Below are positions 12,613-24,864 of a stretch of DNA of 64,000 nt, in pieces. The stretch lies in assembly GCA_904063045.1 (NCBI GenBank), contig CAJFCJ010000029.1:372001-436000 (forward strand), given 5' to 3'. The DNA is from Dimorphilus gyrociliatus. Its lineage: Eukaryota > Animalia > Annelida. Both the position numbers and the translations under genes were made by a program. The notes under the pieces are model-generated. The model was not told the DNA's origin. It did no database searches and worked only from the letters and a program-made list of their open reading frames with translations. Numbering within the stretch: the first letter of the stretch is position 1; the number at the start of each line of letters is the position of its first letter.

Positions 12613-12961
12613 TTTGTTACTTTTTCATGAATATCTTGACTTTTCATGAAACTACACTCTTGGTAGAAGAAATCTATGTAATTGTTAAATCTTAATAGAC
12701 TTAATTTTCTTTTGATTGATATTCAGGATGCGGCCGAGTGACTTCCCTATCAATCACTGAATAAATTTTCTCATATCAACTCCATACCTTCAATGCTTTT
12801 TCGTGTTTGATCTATTTAATTAAGAATTATCATAAATTTATAACAAAAAAGCCATGTGCAATAAGCCATGTAGTAACGAAAAAGATTTACGACTTTTTAA
12901 AGCTCAGAGGCATATAACGCCTGCAAGAACGCTGCAGGCTCTTTGCATATAATATAATTTC

Positions 12962-14958
12962 TCACAAAATCAGAGTGTGATGACCTTCATTCCTAAGTTC
13001 TTCACTAGACGACTGGGGGCGATCCACTTGAGGGATTTCCCGATATTTCTCTTCCTCTTCGTAAAATTCCATTGTTGCCCTTTTCTTTAAACCCGTTAAA
13101 ACAGTCATTACATCTGTTTCCCCGTCATTTCTTTGCAAATATAAAGTAATGTTTGCCACCGAAGCCGCCATTACAAAAATAAACGATACTCCACCGAGAT
13201 AGAATGCCCACCCATAGTTGTAAGCGAACACATCCTCTTCTCGTCCTCCATTGGGCTTTTTACGATGTGAAACTTCATCATTGACAGCTGATATGTAGAC
13301 AATTTTCCCCACTGCCATTACCAGAGCTTTAGAATACATAAAATAATATACTTTTCTTTTTATAGAAACAGTAAAAGTTGGAAGATTTACCTGAGAAAAT
13401 ATATAAAACTGCGCCCCCTATGGTTTTTGCGTCTCCTCTGGTATTCCCGATGGTGGCCAGTGCTATGGCTATGAATTCGAGCAACAGGCCAGCTATTATT
13501 ATAGGAGATGCCCGTCTTATAGATCCTGATTAGGTGTCAATAAGATAAGTTCTTCTAGCATACGTAAGGTCAGTTCCGAAAAGAATCAACTCACTATTGA
13601 TTGACATGGTGGTATCAGCACCATCAAATCGTTCGAAAGTCTGTCCGAAATAGCCTATAGTAAAGCACTGAGCCATGGGCATATCTGTAATTATTATTAT
13701 AATAAAACAAATAAACTAACAACACATAAAATTCGAGATAAAGAAAAGTAATCACTCAAGATTGAGAAAAGCATGAATAAGCAAAAATGTGCTATTTAGC
13801 AGCTTTTACATATTGTAATAAAACAAATAAAGTGGTAGAAAACGGTAAAGGTTTTAAAAGCAAGGAGATATCAGTAAGAATATGAAACGTATGGTATTTG
13901 CAATTGGATATGCGACAGGGAGTTTGTCGTGCTTTAGCTTGTCACTTGTACCAGACGTATAGAAAACAAAAGATCGGTCACGCATATGTGAACCTTAGTC
14001 AGCCTGGTTTTTAGAAATTCCCTACAGGTTTAAACCCATCACAAACAATTCAACTAACAAATAGCGCCTCTTGTTTGGCGATTGGTCACTGTTTTAATTA
14101 AATAACTTTACAATGCATCTCATTTTCATAAAAAGAAATCACATAAATATTCCAATTAATATAAATATCCCATAAATGTTTATGTAGTGTGCACAAAATT
14201 ATTAAACTATCTCTTTAATAAGGATAAACTGCAAATAATTACAGTCAAACCGCATAAAAGGTTTATTGAAGAGCGAAAGGGTTATGTGTTGAATACAGAA
14301 TGCTTACATTTTTTCTGAGGGGGTTTGGCTAGTGTAAAAGCTTATTAAATTCCCTGCTGATTATTATCTGTATACTTAAAAGGGATGCTGGGAAGAGAAA
14401 GTTTTTTTCCGCTGTATTAAAATAAATACAAACCCCAGATAGTATAAGTTACAAATGGAATATGCAGAAACACTCAGAAAAATTCCCAAAAGTACAACAT
14501 TCGCAACGTTGAAGCACTTATCGCGCTTTATTTGCACCGGATGTCGACGCGTAACCAAATTATAGGTTTAATTATTAAAAAGTGGTACTATTTTTTGCAT
14601 AAATACCGTAAGCAGCATGTGCTTCCAAATCCGTACTCCACCGATGCTTAATTAAACTGGAGAAAATACAAGTCCTCCATAAGCCAGAATGTAGCTTTAC
14701 TATTGTGGTTTGTATTAATGTCCGGTTTTGTTTATGTTGATGGATGACTGAAGTTATTTGCTCGGCTGGTAATTCCGTTGCTGTCGATAATGGAAGAAGA
14801 GGTTGTTCAACGGCTTGTGGTATTGATAATTCACGCAGTGCTTCCGTCGTATTTAACCAGTAATCTGTCGTAACGGCTAAAGATAAAGCTCCAACAGCTA
14901 AGAGTCCGAACACTAAAGAGAAGACTGACAGAAATCTGGCACTGCATTTTACTGCCAT
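12962..14958 (-). CDS. CACNG2: Stargazin/TARP-like voltage-dependent calcium channel gamma subunit (PMP22/claudin fold), ~313 aa, 4 exons
   Basis: Exons 14958-14607, 13684-13595, 13525-13391, 13326-12962 with GT-AG introns in consistent phase 1. Motifs TDYWL, HSGLWRTC, second loop Cys (AQCFTIGYF), IVYISA, YNYGWAFYLGG typical of CACNG/TARP. Alternative in-frame ATG at 14988; exon-1 donor could be a few nt upstream. Symbol is family-level. Confidence 0.9.
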
Positions 14959-15656
14959 TCGAACCTGAAAAACAGCGGACGCTGCCATGCTGGATGCGTA
15001 TCGTAAACTGCGACAAACCTCCCACCGTCGATAGACGGCAGCGTTCTACGAGCACCAAACATATACTAAATGCGTGTGTGTGTGCAAAGAGTTTTTATTA
15101 ATATAAATAACTCGACTATAAATATGTATATGCGTGTGTATGGAAAGGGAATTTCTTCCTCAGAGACCAAAGGAAAGGTCGTTAGTAGATGAATATAATA
15201 ATGTTAACGGCGTTAAATCGATCAAAGTCTATTATGAGTGTTTTTGACTGTATTGTTTTTCTTTACTCCTACTTTTATTTTCCTTCTCATTTTTCATAAC
15301 CTCGACCAAATATTTCACCTTATTTCTCAATTACAACATTTCACATTGAAGGAAATAACCCCTTTTCCACATTTGATTCCATGATCGAGAACTCACACGC
15401 GATTTCCGTTGCAATACAGTCTAGGATTACAAATAAGCTCTACTAATAGAATGCATAGGCCGTCTCTTCTGAACGACTGGCCCTTCTAGCATGATTGCGC
15501 ATTGCGGATATATCTGATTCAGTTCGATTAATATGCACTTTTCCAATTAGGTTTGGTGCGAACTGTATTTATATTCTCTTATTTCCATTCGGTAATGGTT
15601 TGGGAGAAAACGAGTATGAACCGTATATTTGGAGACGATGAATTTTTCTTATTAAG

Positions 15657-17017
15657 CGCCATCTGTCGGTTTCAAATAAGTCATAAATTCATTTGTCTGG
15701 AAAAATTACGTATTCATAAAACTTATTAGTAGTTCTATTAATATGCTTTTATGCGATTTAATCATCTTTCTATAACAGTTGATGGACAAGCGATTAACAT
15801 TTGATGAATGATCCTGATGCTCATCATAAAATGTGCAACCTAGCTCTAAGAGATAGATATTAACGACATACGATACCTTTACAATTCCTTGTTGTCTCCT
15901 GATTTCCGTTCTGTGACTTTCTGACCTTTAGGGAACAGTTTTAAGAATTTGGGCGAGGAACGCTTATCACCATTTCACAAAGGAATTACTTAATTTCTGT
16001 AAAAACTTGAAAAATAATATCCGGTCGAATATATTCTATATTACGTAATATGAATTTCCTTACAATTTACAACCGGAATAATACCTTAATCGTTAAAAAT
16101 GGAAAGCTTTCATAGCAAGTTTTCCACTAAATAATAACTCTTATAACATAATAACTTTGTGGTTTGAATAATAAGGGACGAGAGGGTGGAAAATATTGTT
16201 TATTAGTTGTAATTTACACGGGAAGGTCATAAATGATAGTTAGAGAGAATGAGTAGACAATGAGTAGGTTTATAAAAGATGAGGTTTCCTGTAATTGGTC
16301 CTTTGAAGCTGTTGTTCCAGCCAAGCTATATTATTCTCTCTTTTGACTGTTTACTAAAAATTTTAACTTAAATCGCTCTATTCTCTATTAATCAAGTTAG
16401 TCTATCTCTGTCTCTTCTCCTCTTTTTTTACATTTCTATTTCTTACCTCAAGCCACACGAAAAGGACAATAAAAAAACATTAATTTAGTTAAAATTCGAT
16501 TCTTCTTCCCTTTTTGCAAATTACCTTTCCCGGGGTGGGTTCATGTAAATGCAATTCATCACTTAGCTGTAGTTAACAAATTAAAAAACGGTAGTCTTTA
16601 AACATTGTAATTCTTTTTTATTTTAGCAGATGCTTTTTCTAAATATCATGGGACAAATTAGGAATGAGATACAAAGAAAGGACATACTTTTCAAGACTTT
16701 CCTACTAATGTCGAAATTAAGATCAAGTATCTCTTATGAGTTCATATTCCATTATCTGTCCTGTTAGTTTACCAGTCGTTAAATCTAGAATTTTCGACTT
16801 TTAAAACCTAGTGTGAGATTTCATTCTTGATTTACTCGCAAACTGAGATACTATTAAAAGATATTAAAAGTATAGTGATTCAATTAGTTTATAATTAGCC
16901 TTCGTTGTCTGTCTAACAAAAGAACATTGAGAGACAAAAAACCGGGATCAGTTATAAATAATTCCATAACAGGCAAAAAATCCCAACAAAGATTTTACCA
17001 TTAATATAACGCCATCT
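15657..17017 (-). promoter_or_regulatory. Two minus-oriented CTCF-like motifs (15657-15664, 17010-17017) between CACNG and INSM
   Basis: Reverse complements CCGACAGATGGCGCT and ATACTAGATGGCGT. Confidence 0.45.
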
Positions 17018-18638
17018 AGTATATAAATAGAGCTTAAGGGGAACGCCGCCTGTGGGGTTGACAGGTTACTAGGCTGGACTCTCCAATGTGAAACAATGTA
17101 TGAGGAAAGGATTATAGAAAGAGAGCGCAACAGTGGCGGCAATAAATGATTAATCACGGCGTAACTCGTTGAGCGCGCATTAGACAGCCCCCTATCAATT
17201 TGCAGTTAGCGTTCAATAAACATTATGTTTGCGGTTTTTAGCTTAGGTAACAACGTGTCCAATAGTTACTATACATAATTATTCAAACTAAAGCATCCCG
17301 AAGAATGCGTTTAATAACCGTCTTGTACAACGCGAGTACGGAAACACTTCTATGGTTTCGACATTCTACTAGACGAGTAGACGTCCTTGTAAATGTATAT
17401 TACGTATAAAATATATTCCTTCATATGCATTTTTATATTTATATTTATAAGTAATATATATATATACAACTGATATGTATACGGTAACGCTCGTCTTGTG
17501 TATACAGTATATACTGCATCTTTACGACGCCTAATATCAATAGAATGTCTCACAAATCTACCGACATATTGCCGACTCACGATTCGCGGCAATGTACTGT
17601 AAATTGCGGTTGACTCGTTACAATATAAACAGACGGCAAACAGCAATATACTGGAAAACTTCGTGTCAAACGGGGCTTCGCAATATGAACGCCTACCGCT
17701 CATTATATTAGTCATTGTTCTACGGATAGTCAGTTTATCACGTTCTTTTTGCCGCTGGCTCGACCGCAAATAAGACAAAAAATCCTCGCTTGCGCCTATA
17801 TATCTAATGATTATACGCCTAATCTTGCCTACTCGAAACGATTCCTATAGGCCTAATAAAAGCGGCGGTCGCCTACTGCTTTCAACGTTTCCGAGGAGTT
17901 GCTCATGAATAAACGGCGTCTCGTAAAGCAAATTCCGCACTTTTTGTTGAACGGTACCGGAGTTTTTATGTATGCTTTAGCCGACTACGCATTGCCCGAG
18001 ACGTCGGGCGTCACTCGGCGATTAAAACGAAAACAAATCAGACGGCCGTTCGTCGCTAATGGCATTAAGTTAGATTAACGAAGCCAGACTTTTTTCAACG
18101 TCACCTGTATTCGACAGACCTCCTACGACTATATAGGAAGCAAGCGTCTAAGGAACGCATTAGAAACGCTTTTAGTTTGTTCCATTTGCAAATTGTTGCG
18201 CGCTTCCTGATGTGTTCTGCAATGTATTGCTGTACCGGGCAGTCTTTGACAGCTTAATGGCACACACGTCATACTGTTTACCTGCTCCACTTATTCGAGC
18301 TCGGGAATCCGCAACGTTTTCGAAACTTGACTCGGGCCTATATTAGACGCTACGCGCGTTCGACAATAGACGCCACGTGACCCGTGTCCCTGAAGACATA
18401 GCGGAAATGAAAGTTCTCTACAGGTAGCCAATCTATATCCTCAATTCCATTAATATCTGCACATAAATACTGCGCGCTTTCATATATGACTATTGTCCGG
18501 CTAAGCTAAGCGCCTTACATCACACTGCAAGATTGCTGTATTGACGCCTCGCATTGATTGCCAGGTGCGTCATGCTTCAATAGCCACACCACGTGGCGCT
18601 TCGGACGTCTAAAAGGCGTCATTTGGAGGCGGCGAAAG

Positions 18639-19544
18639 ATGCCGAGAGCTTTACTTTTCAAGCGGTCGCATTTTCGATCTTGGAGAAAGAGCGAAACTTC
18701 TGAAGAAGATAGTCAACTGCAGTTGCAACTTTTACAATGTTCATCTCCAGATTCCGGCTACGGAAAAAGTCCTTGTTCCGATGATATTTCACCTTTATCA
18801 CCGGTACACACTACACCGTCTGTCAGAACTGCTGCAACAACCCCTCCTCAAAGTTCTTTGGCGAAGAAAAAGGGTAAGTCAAAAGTTTGCCGGAAGCTGC
18901 AATTCGAGACATCCTCTCCAGTGTCTGGAACTATAATCAGATCGATAGACGATCCTTCGATCGGACAAATCGTTAGTGGCGATATCGATACCAATTTGAA
19001 TTGGGTTTCGGTTACTGCTGAAGCAAGAGCGGAATTGGCGAGAATCGAAAACAAGTTGGGCGATTATACGTGTCAATTGTGCAGGGAAAAGTATACTGAC
19101 GCATTCGATTTAGCGCAACACCGTTGTTCTTGTATAGTTCACGTTGAGTACAAGTGCCCAGAATGCGACAAAGTGTTCAACTGCCCGGCAAATTTGGCGT
19201 CTCATCGGCGCTGGCATCGTCCCAAACAGCAGCAAACAACTACACCGTCAAATCAGGATGATCAGGAGGCGCAATTCGAATGTTCTGAATGTGGAAAAAA
19301 ATTCAGAAGAGCAGCCTATTTACGTAAGCATTCTTTTACCCACTCGACAGAGCCATCATCTGGTTCATCGTACGCCTGTCCAACATGCGGTAGACTATTT
19401 AAGACTACTGCATTACGGGATAAGCACGCAGTATCGGCTCACTCTACCCAACCTCCTTGGATTCGTTCTACGTCACCTGGCTCTCTTATTCAACAAGTGT
19501 GCGATGCTACGTTCAATCAATCAAATCTGTTTCACTGCTGCTAA
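18639..19544 (+). CDS. INSM1: INSM1/nerfin SNAG zinc-finger transcription factor, single exon, 301 aa
   Basis: True ATG at 18639 (MPRALLFKRS, SNAG-like). KLQFETSSPVSGTIIR motif; YTCQLCREKYTDAFDLAQHRCSCIVHVEYKCPECDKVFNCPANLASHRRWHRPK is diagnostic of INSM/nerfin; two further C2H2 fingers follow. Confidence 0.96.
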   Translation: MPRALLFKRSHFRSWRKSETSEEDSQLQLQLLQCSSPDSGYGKSPCSDDISPLSPVHTTPSVRTAATTPPQSSLAKKKGKSKVCRKLQFETSSPVSGTIIRSIDDPSIGQIVSGDIDTNLNWVSVTAEARAELARIENKLGDYTCQLCREKYTDAFDLAQHRCSCIVHVEYKCPECDKVFNCPANLASHRRWHRPKQQQTTTPSNQDDQEAQFECSECGKKFRRAAYLRKHSFTHSTEPSSGSSYACPTCGRLFKTTALRDKHAVSAHSTQPPWIRSTSPGSLIQQVCDATFNQSNLFHCC

Positions 19545-19638
19545 ATTAAAAAAAAGACATATATATGAAGAGAAAATGAAATGAAGACCGAGACTAGTCA
19601 TATATACTGTACATGTATGTAAATTTGTGTATGTATAA

Positions 19639-19641
<3 letters not shown>

Positions 19642-19670
<29 letters not shown>
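19642..19670. repeat. (TA)n microsatellite within a degenerate TA/TG-rich tract (19600-19870) in INSM 3' region
   Basis: Direct reading. Confidence 0.9.
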
Positions 19671-19674
<4 letters not shown>

Positions 19675-22645
19675 GTATACATATATAGATATAAGCATTT
19701 ACACTTATTTACATATGTCTATCCATACATATGTATATATATACGTCTATATCTTAACGTTTCTTGCATTTATATTGTATTATATATATACATATATACA
19801 AAGATCGTATGTATATATATATGTATTCCTTAAATTAATTTGTATATTTATATACGATATACTATATTTATGATTGTTTTATTATTCTCGCTCGTTCCTC
19901 TAGTCCAAAAATGTTAATATGCTTTTAAGAAAAGAAAACAGGAATAAAAATCTGTACAAGTGTCGTACTTTCACATTGCAGTACAGCCCAGCAAATTCTT
20001 TGTGTATGGAACATGTGTATGTGGAACAATGCGCATTAGAAGCACGTGCCAGCACGCACCTGGCCCTTCGAATACAAAGAGCGACGCACTTTTATTCAAC
20101 AAAGACTCCCGCTCCGGAGCGCGTGCTCCCATTCAATATGGCGGCCGTTTACTTTTCGGCAGAAACGCCGTCTTCAAAGGACCCGAGAGAGTCACGTGAC
20201 TAACATTAGTTAATTGGCACGGTCAATCTGAAGTGAAGACGAGCGCATTTAGAAGTAAAGTACAGACGACGTTCTGGCGCTAATAGTACAGGTGACATTC
20301 AGCATCGGCTCTTCTGAAGTGACGACTAAACGGAAAAAGACGCTCGTGTGACGCGTCGGCAGGAAGTAACGCCTGTGGTGAAGCTTCTAACTCGCTTTCT
20401 TTCATCGTAATTACACTCAGAAAAATATATACGCCTTTATAATATTCGGATTTTTTTCACAGACAAAAAGAGTAAAAATTTTCCTAGGGCTAACTGTCCA
20501 CCTGTAAAGAGGGGAAGGGGAAAATTGAGCAAACTATTGTAGCGCACCTCATCAATATTTGACCAGCTGCAACACATCACAGCTAATCGTCAATCATTGC
20601 CGACACGCAACATTGTATTCTTTTTTTGTTTTCCAAAGGTATAAAAGAACTCCTTTCTCAGGCATTTTGACACCGCGTCGCGTAAAACAATGTTGTATTT
20701 TTTCAACACGTTCCCTTTCTCCTTATTCAAACGTACACTGTGCAAGAAAAGAAACGCCCGCGCGACAATCATTGTATAGATTGTAAGCTTATAAGCAAAA
20801 GTTTACAAAGCTTAATATTTACACTGTATGCTCTAATTAATCGAACAGGGCTTTTGTAAACAACGCATTCGGGCACTAATAGTCGTTATAATTTCACTGT
20901 CTACTGTCTAATGTCTATATTTACATATTTATTTCTTAAGAGATGCTTGTAAGCTTTATTCACATATGTCAGATTTATATACATATGTATATACATGTAT
21001 ATATATATGTATATGTTTAGTTATTTATTTGTGTATATAAATACAGATATCTACAAATATATAAAAACTAATATACATAAGTATATATCTATATATTTAT
21101 ATATACAGACATACATATATACAGAGACAGAGAGACAGAAGTATTTGGATATTTGGATATGTGCTCTGTGCTTCTACGTGTTCATCAAAGACACGCTTTT
21201 TTTATTCTTCTATTAAACGTATATAAAACAGCCAATAATCATTTGAAACTGACTTAATCCTTGTATTTTGAGTAGAATAGAGGTCAGATTGAATTCTATG
21301 CAGAATAATTGTCATTCGTCCGAGTAGATAAACGGTGTTGATAATAAGACTTAAGCTTATTATATATATGTCCAATAGATGGCACCATAAGACAAATAAA
21401 ATCTGTACATTTGTTAATAACATTTAGATCAGACTCACAAAGTATATGAATGTTTCAGTTATGATTGAAATTATAGTAATAATTTATGGTTAACAAATGT
21501 TACGAGATTCATGCATTAGAGAATGAATAGGTTGAGTAAATTCAGTATATTTATATATATATATATATATACTGTATATATATATGATATAAAGTTTTCT
21601 ATTGTTTATACTTGACGGAATAGTTTAGCTTAAAATGTAAGTGCATATACTGTTCTATAAAACTCAACGGGTATTTACAAATAGCCTCTTACTTGTAAAG
21701 AGTTTTATAAAGTACGAAATTACGGTAAAGATCTATTTTTAAACTAGATTTGGGATTCACATTTAACTATTCCACTGAATAAACACATTAGCCTCACTTC
21801 TTCTTTTTCTTGTTGCCTCTTGTAATTTTTTTTTCTTAAGTTTTTATGTTTTTTACGTCGGGAGAGATCATAATTTATAGGCCATAAACAATTCTTGGTA
21901 AACAAAAAAAAATATTTATTATAGCAATCAACAGATATATGTGAATATATGATAGATGGACCATAGAATTTCTATTTATTTATGGATAATATTCAAATTA
22001 ATATTTTAATAGGTTTCTAAATAATCATTAAATATTATATTTAAAAATAGTAAAGCATCATCTCTTCTTCAATATTTTCTTATTATAAACTTCAGCCATT
22101 ACTGATGTAGTATGAAAGGTACACACTATAAATGCTTGACAAACAGTATTTAACGAGTTTCGTTTAAGAAGAAGACGAACAGAATAAGAAGGATATCGTA
22201 TTGGAGAAAGTTAAATAAAACCATCACAAAAGATAGATAACGAAGTCTTTTTTTTTTCAATTCATGTTTATTCCACCTTTGTTCTTTTTGAAAACGACCA
22301 TTTAGTACATTTAACATAGTATAGTACTAGTCTATGCCAAAAAAATTTCCATGATGCTAATCCTACTGTTGTAAAATATGCATACTGTAAACAAAGCTGT
22401 ACCAATACTATATGGTTAAGAGTGCTTATTATATCTTACTGTATACACGTTGATTAGTGCTCTAACTGGGATAAAAGTGCCAGGTAAGCGGTCACATAGT
22501 CAGTTATAATATGCAGGCAGCATAGATATGGATATATAAATATATACATGTAATATAGTATATGCAAAACATTGAACACCAATTCGGGTACACATACAAA
22601 AGAACGAGTACACGCGGGGGGTTTTGTTGTGAACTCTTCCTTCTT

Positions 22646-24390
22646 CTATTCTTTTAGCTTATGCCATTCAGCAATTTGTTTTCTGGGGCAATTGATAACC
22701 TCATTCCAATGTCTCGATTCAGATTCTCCATCAATATGACCGCCCAGTTCCAACTTACCAATTACATCGTTCTTCGTCATTCTGTCCCAGTCCAACATGC
22801 TATTTTTATATAAAAAATTCATTTAAGTTCTCTCTAGGGTATTTATTCCTAATAATGTTACCTAAATTCAAGTGAGATGTTCTGCAGTCCTTCATTCGTG
22901 GGAACATCGAAGAGAAACGATTCATTAAAAACAGGATTCAAAGTTCTTTTCTTCACGTGAGTCTTCTTTTTAGCAATTCTTTGACCGTTATAAAGCAGAT
23001 AGATCTTCACATATGGATCTGGCCGGGGGTAAAATCGATAAGAAAGCATCATCTATATTTAGATAGTAAAAGGAAACCAATCCATTTGTACTTACCAGAT
23101 AACCCAGTTATATCCATCTTTGGTAGATCCCTCGCCTTTAGAACAACAACAGTAAGACGATTAGCAGCTGGTTGGTAGCATAAAGATACCAACATTTCTC
23201 CTCTATATCCATCGCTCTGCAGCTATAAAAAGAGGGATATTATTAAAAATTAGAAACTAAAACGTATGAATAGAGAGTGGAATGGGATAGAGAAAATCGA
23301 ATAAATAATTTTGTTTAGAGCTTTACGGTCCGCGAATTAATATAAAAAAGTACTCTAGTAACGCAGATAAATTATAAATAGCAGTTTACTAACCTTTAAT
23401 TGCCTCGGAACAACTTCCTTGCAAACTTCAACTTCCTTTTCGCTTAGGTCAACTGATGCCAACGGGTACAGAACTTCTCCAATGATGTGGTCTCGAGAAT
23501 AACGGTCAAAGCTTAGAACTACAAAGTGGAGAATTGTCTTCGGTATTTGAGCTTCCTCAATGCCATAGAAAGAAAATATCTCGTCATACGTAGGATTATG
23601 AGTCTTACGTAAAACGCGGGTCTTGACTTTGTGTTTCTTTTCGGGTAACAGTTGTAGCTTTATGTAGGGGTCGCAGGTTACTGGACCGGAAGCATCTCCG
23701 GATTTATTTTCAGGAAGAGCTAAGTCCTTGGCGCCTTGTACATTCACTACGATGGCTGTTTTACACTTATCATATTCGACAACGAAAGAAATGGCGCCAA
23801 GAGTTGTCTTTTTCAAATCGTCTTCTTCTTTTTCTCTGTACCTTTCGTCCTTTTCAGTGGGTGACAATTTGTTTTTATCATCTTTGTCATCATAATCTTT
23901 CTTCATTCTGACAACGTTTCTCGAGGGAGCTAGAGGATTTTGAGGTGACGTTGCCGGAGACCTCACATCCGGCGTCTTACTCCTTGGTAGGTTTGTCGTT
24001 GGGCTACGTTTAAGGAATCCCTTTTCTGCTTTAGATGCAGCAGAATCCTTAACCTTGCGCCTAAAGACATCCGAAAGGCTTGAGGGACGTCCTGGACTTC
24101 CCGGTGAGGATCGTTTCTTAACTAGCTTGTAAGTACAAACGGAAAGTGTACCGATAACGACCACCACCCCGAGGACGATCCCTCCTATGGCTGCCCAGTG
24201 GGCTGTAAACGTTAAGAAAATATTAGAGAAAGTGAGAATTTGAGAATATGAAGAATTATTATTGCGACAATGCGTGGGCGAATAAGAGAGAACTGTAAAG
24301 GTCGAAATGGGAGGGGCAAAAATCATAGATAAATTTGATGATTCTCTTACCTGGAGTGTTGGCCACCAATTGTTCGTCAACTACCACCAT
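22646..24390 (-). CDS. SYT4: Synaptotagmin-4/11 family, ~428 aa, 5 exons
   Basis: Exons 24390-24351, 24202-23394, 23222-23096, 23018-22862, 22799-22646, all GT-AG and in frame (1287 nt). N-terminal TM ([19 protein letters not shown]); C2A with [17 protein letters not shown] and the Syt4-type LSFDRYSRD; C2B with KKKTHVKK and C-terminal WHKL. Confidence 0.95.
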
Positions 24391-24864
24391 TCTTGGGTAA
24401 GAATTTAGTGTAGATCACCCAAATCTACAGCCATATGGCAACAAAATATCGACCGATGACGTAGTCGACGCAGCTGAAATATAGAAGTGACGCTCAGCGT
24501 CTACCAACCAATCCGATTAAGACGATAGATGGCGCGACATCTGGCATAAATAATCATTCATTGATTCTTTTTCATCCTTCCAAGACTTGTTATTCTTTCT
24601 ATCAATCTCTCCCTTATTTGCGTAAATCTTTCCCGCTCCCCCTTTTAGTATTTCCTACGTTATCCGTTAGATGTCACTTGTTAATCCGTTTGATGTCGCT
24701 TCATTCGTTGAAGATATACTGTAATAGAAAAGTAACACTCGCAGCCGTTCGCCCGAATAGGTGAGGTGAATCGGATATAAAAAATAGGAATTTTTCGATA
24801 TAGAAAAACGATGTAAAAGGGCAGAAATCGAAGATTAATTGGAAAACTATTGCCAGACTGCAAC
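24391..24864. promoter_or_regulatory. Bidirectional promoter shared by SYT4 (-) and tolloid (+)
   Basis: 474 bp between divergent start codons; GCAGCTG E-box 24470-24476, CCAAT near 24508, inverted CTCF-like dyad AGATGGCGCGACATCT 24527-24542. Confidence 0.6.

Noticed and set aside
18558-18638. N-terminal extensions of track ORFs from TTG/GTG starts (also 24203-24380, 24850, 27584, 30797, 35518)
   Set aside because: Eukaryotic locus: these are UTR or intron read-through; ATG starts and GT-AG junctions give family-consistent proteins.
18848-19584. Antisense or alternate-frame ORFs overlapping real genes (also 25686-26021, 26305-26650, 31597-31923, 35478-36140, 52590-53164)
   Set aside because: Shadow ORFs from codon bias of the true coding frame; no motifs.
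20298-20306. TTCAGCATC resembling the left half of an RE1/NRSE site near INSM and SYT4
   Set aside because: Right half (GGACAG) absent, and REST is not expected outside chordates.
19613-21216. Tyr/Ile-rich ORFs at 19613-19873 and 20995-21216
   Set aside because: Translations of degenerate (TA)n/(TATG)n tracts.
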